DNA of 64,000 nt from Octopus sinensis. Taxonomy: Eukaryota. Below are positions 63,591 through 64,000 of this stretch, piece after piece. The position numbers and the translations under genes are program-made. The notes below the pieces were generated by a model, which saw nothing but the letters and a program-made list of their open reading frames with translations, made no database searches and was not told the DNA's origin. Each line of letters starts with the position of its first letter. Position 1 is the first letter of the stretch. Where the stretch lies: NCBI RefSeq assembly GCF_006345805.1, contig NC_043002.1, forward strand, positions 33,914,001 through 33,978,000. Direction: 5' to 3'.

Positions 63591-64000
63591 TTGCTATGGT
63601 ACATTCTGTAAACCGTATCTTAATGGTCTGCAGGCTGAAAGAGGGAGGACGGAGAGAAAATATTTTGTTAAGCTGAGAGAAAGGGAAGATGAGGAAAGAA
63701 GAGAGAAAGAAGGATAGAGAAAGAGTTGAGACGAAGACAATGATATCTGTGAAAAATCTGGAAGGAGAGATGAAAGAAAAAAAGGTAATATTGATGTGAA
63801 AAGGAAGAAGAAAAGGAGGAAAATATGTCGAGGAGGAGGAAGAAGAAAAGTTTTAAAATAAAGATAGATAAATGTATCTATATATATTCTCTCTCTTCCT
63901 CTTTCTCCCTCTCTCAATCCTTTCTCTCCCTACCCCTCTCTCTGTATTTATGCGTAAAATAAAAGGGGTAAAAATTTCGGGACCAAGTTTTCGTTCAACC

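Overview
Eukaryotic, very AT-rich, microsatellite-saturated non-coding DNA. It is most likely an octopus (coleoid cephalopod) genome; this is inferred from the three recurring tRNA-derived SINE families and was not checked by a search. No intact host gene, rRNA, true tRNA gene or CRISPR array can be supported, and most ORFs in the supplied track are translations of (TA)n, (CA)n, (CATA)n, (AAT)n or (CAT)n repeats. Supported content: fragments of R4/Dong-like RLE-type LINEs sitting in (AAT)n or (CATA)n tracts, RTE-type LINE 3' ends, Penelope-like element (PLE) remnants including a GIY-YIG domain, two mariner relics, two hAT transposase fossils, Helitron/Tigger/hAT-type MITEs and many SINEs. The most striking unannotated signal is about 18 type I hammerhead-ribozyme (HHR)-like motifs from several unrelated repeat families. 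Nearly all have a self-complementary stem III (ACGU, ACCGGU, ACAUGU, ACGAUCGU, ACAGCUGU, ACGUACGU, ACUCGAGU, ACAUAUGU). Several have a greatly expanded stem II (about 30-110 nt), several have rare core variants (U3-A8, C4, U6 plus an extra A), and some occur as inverted pairs. Other oddities: a 430-bp palindrome with a tRNA-like unit in each arm, a ~4.5-unit SINE concatemer inside one 12-bp target-site duplication, and a 133-bp near-perfect hairpin. All folds and boundaries were derived by eye and are approximate.
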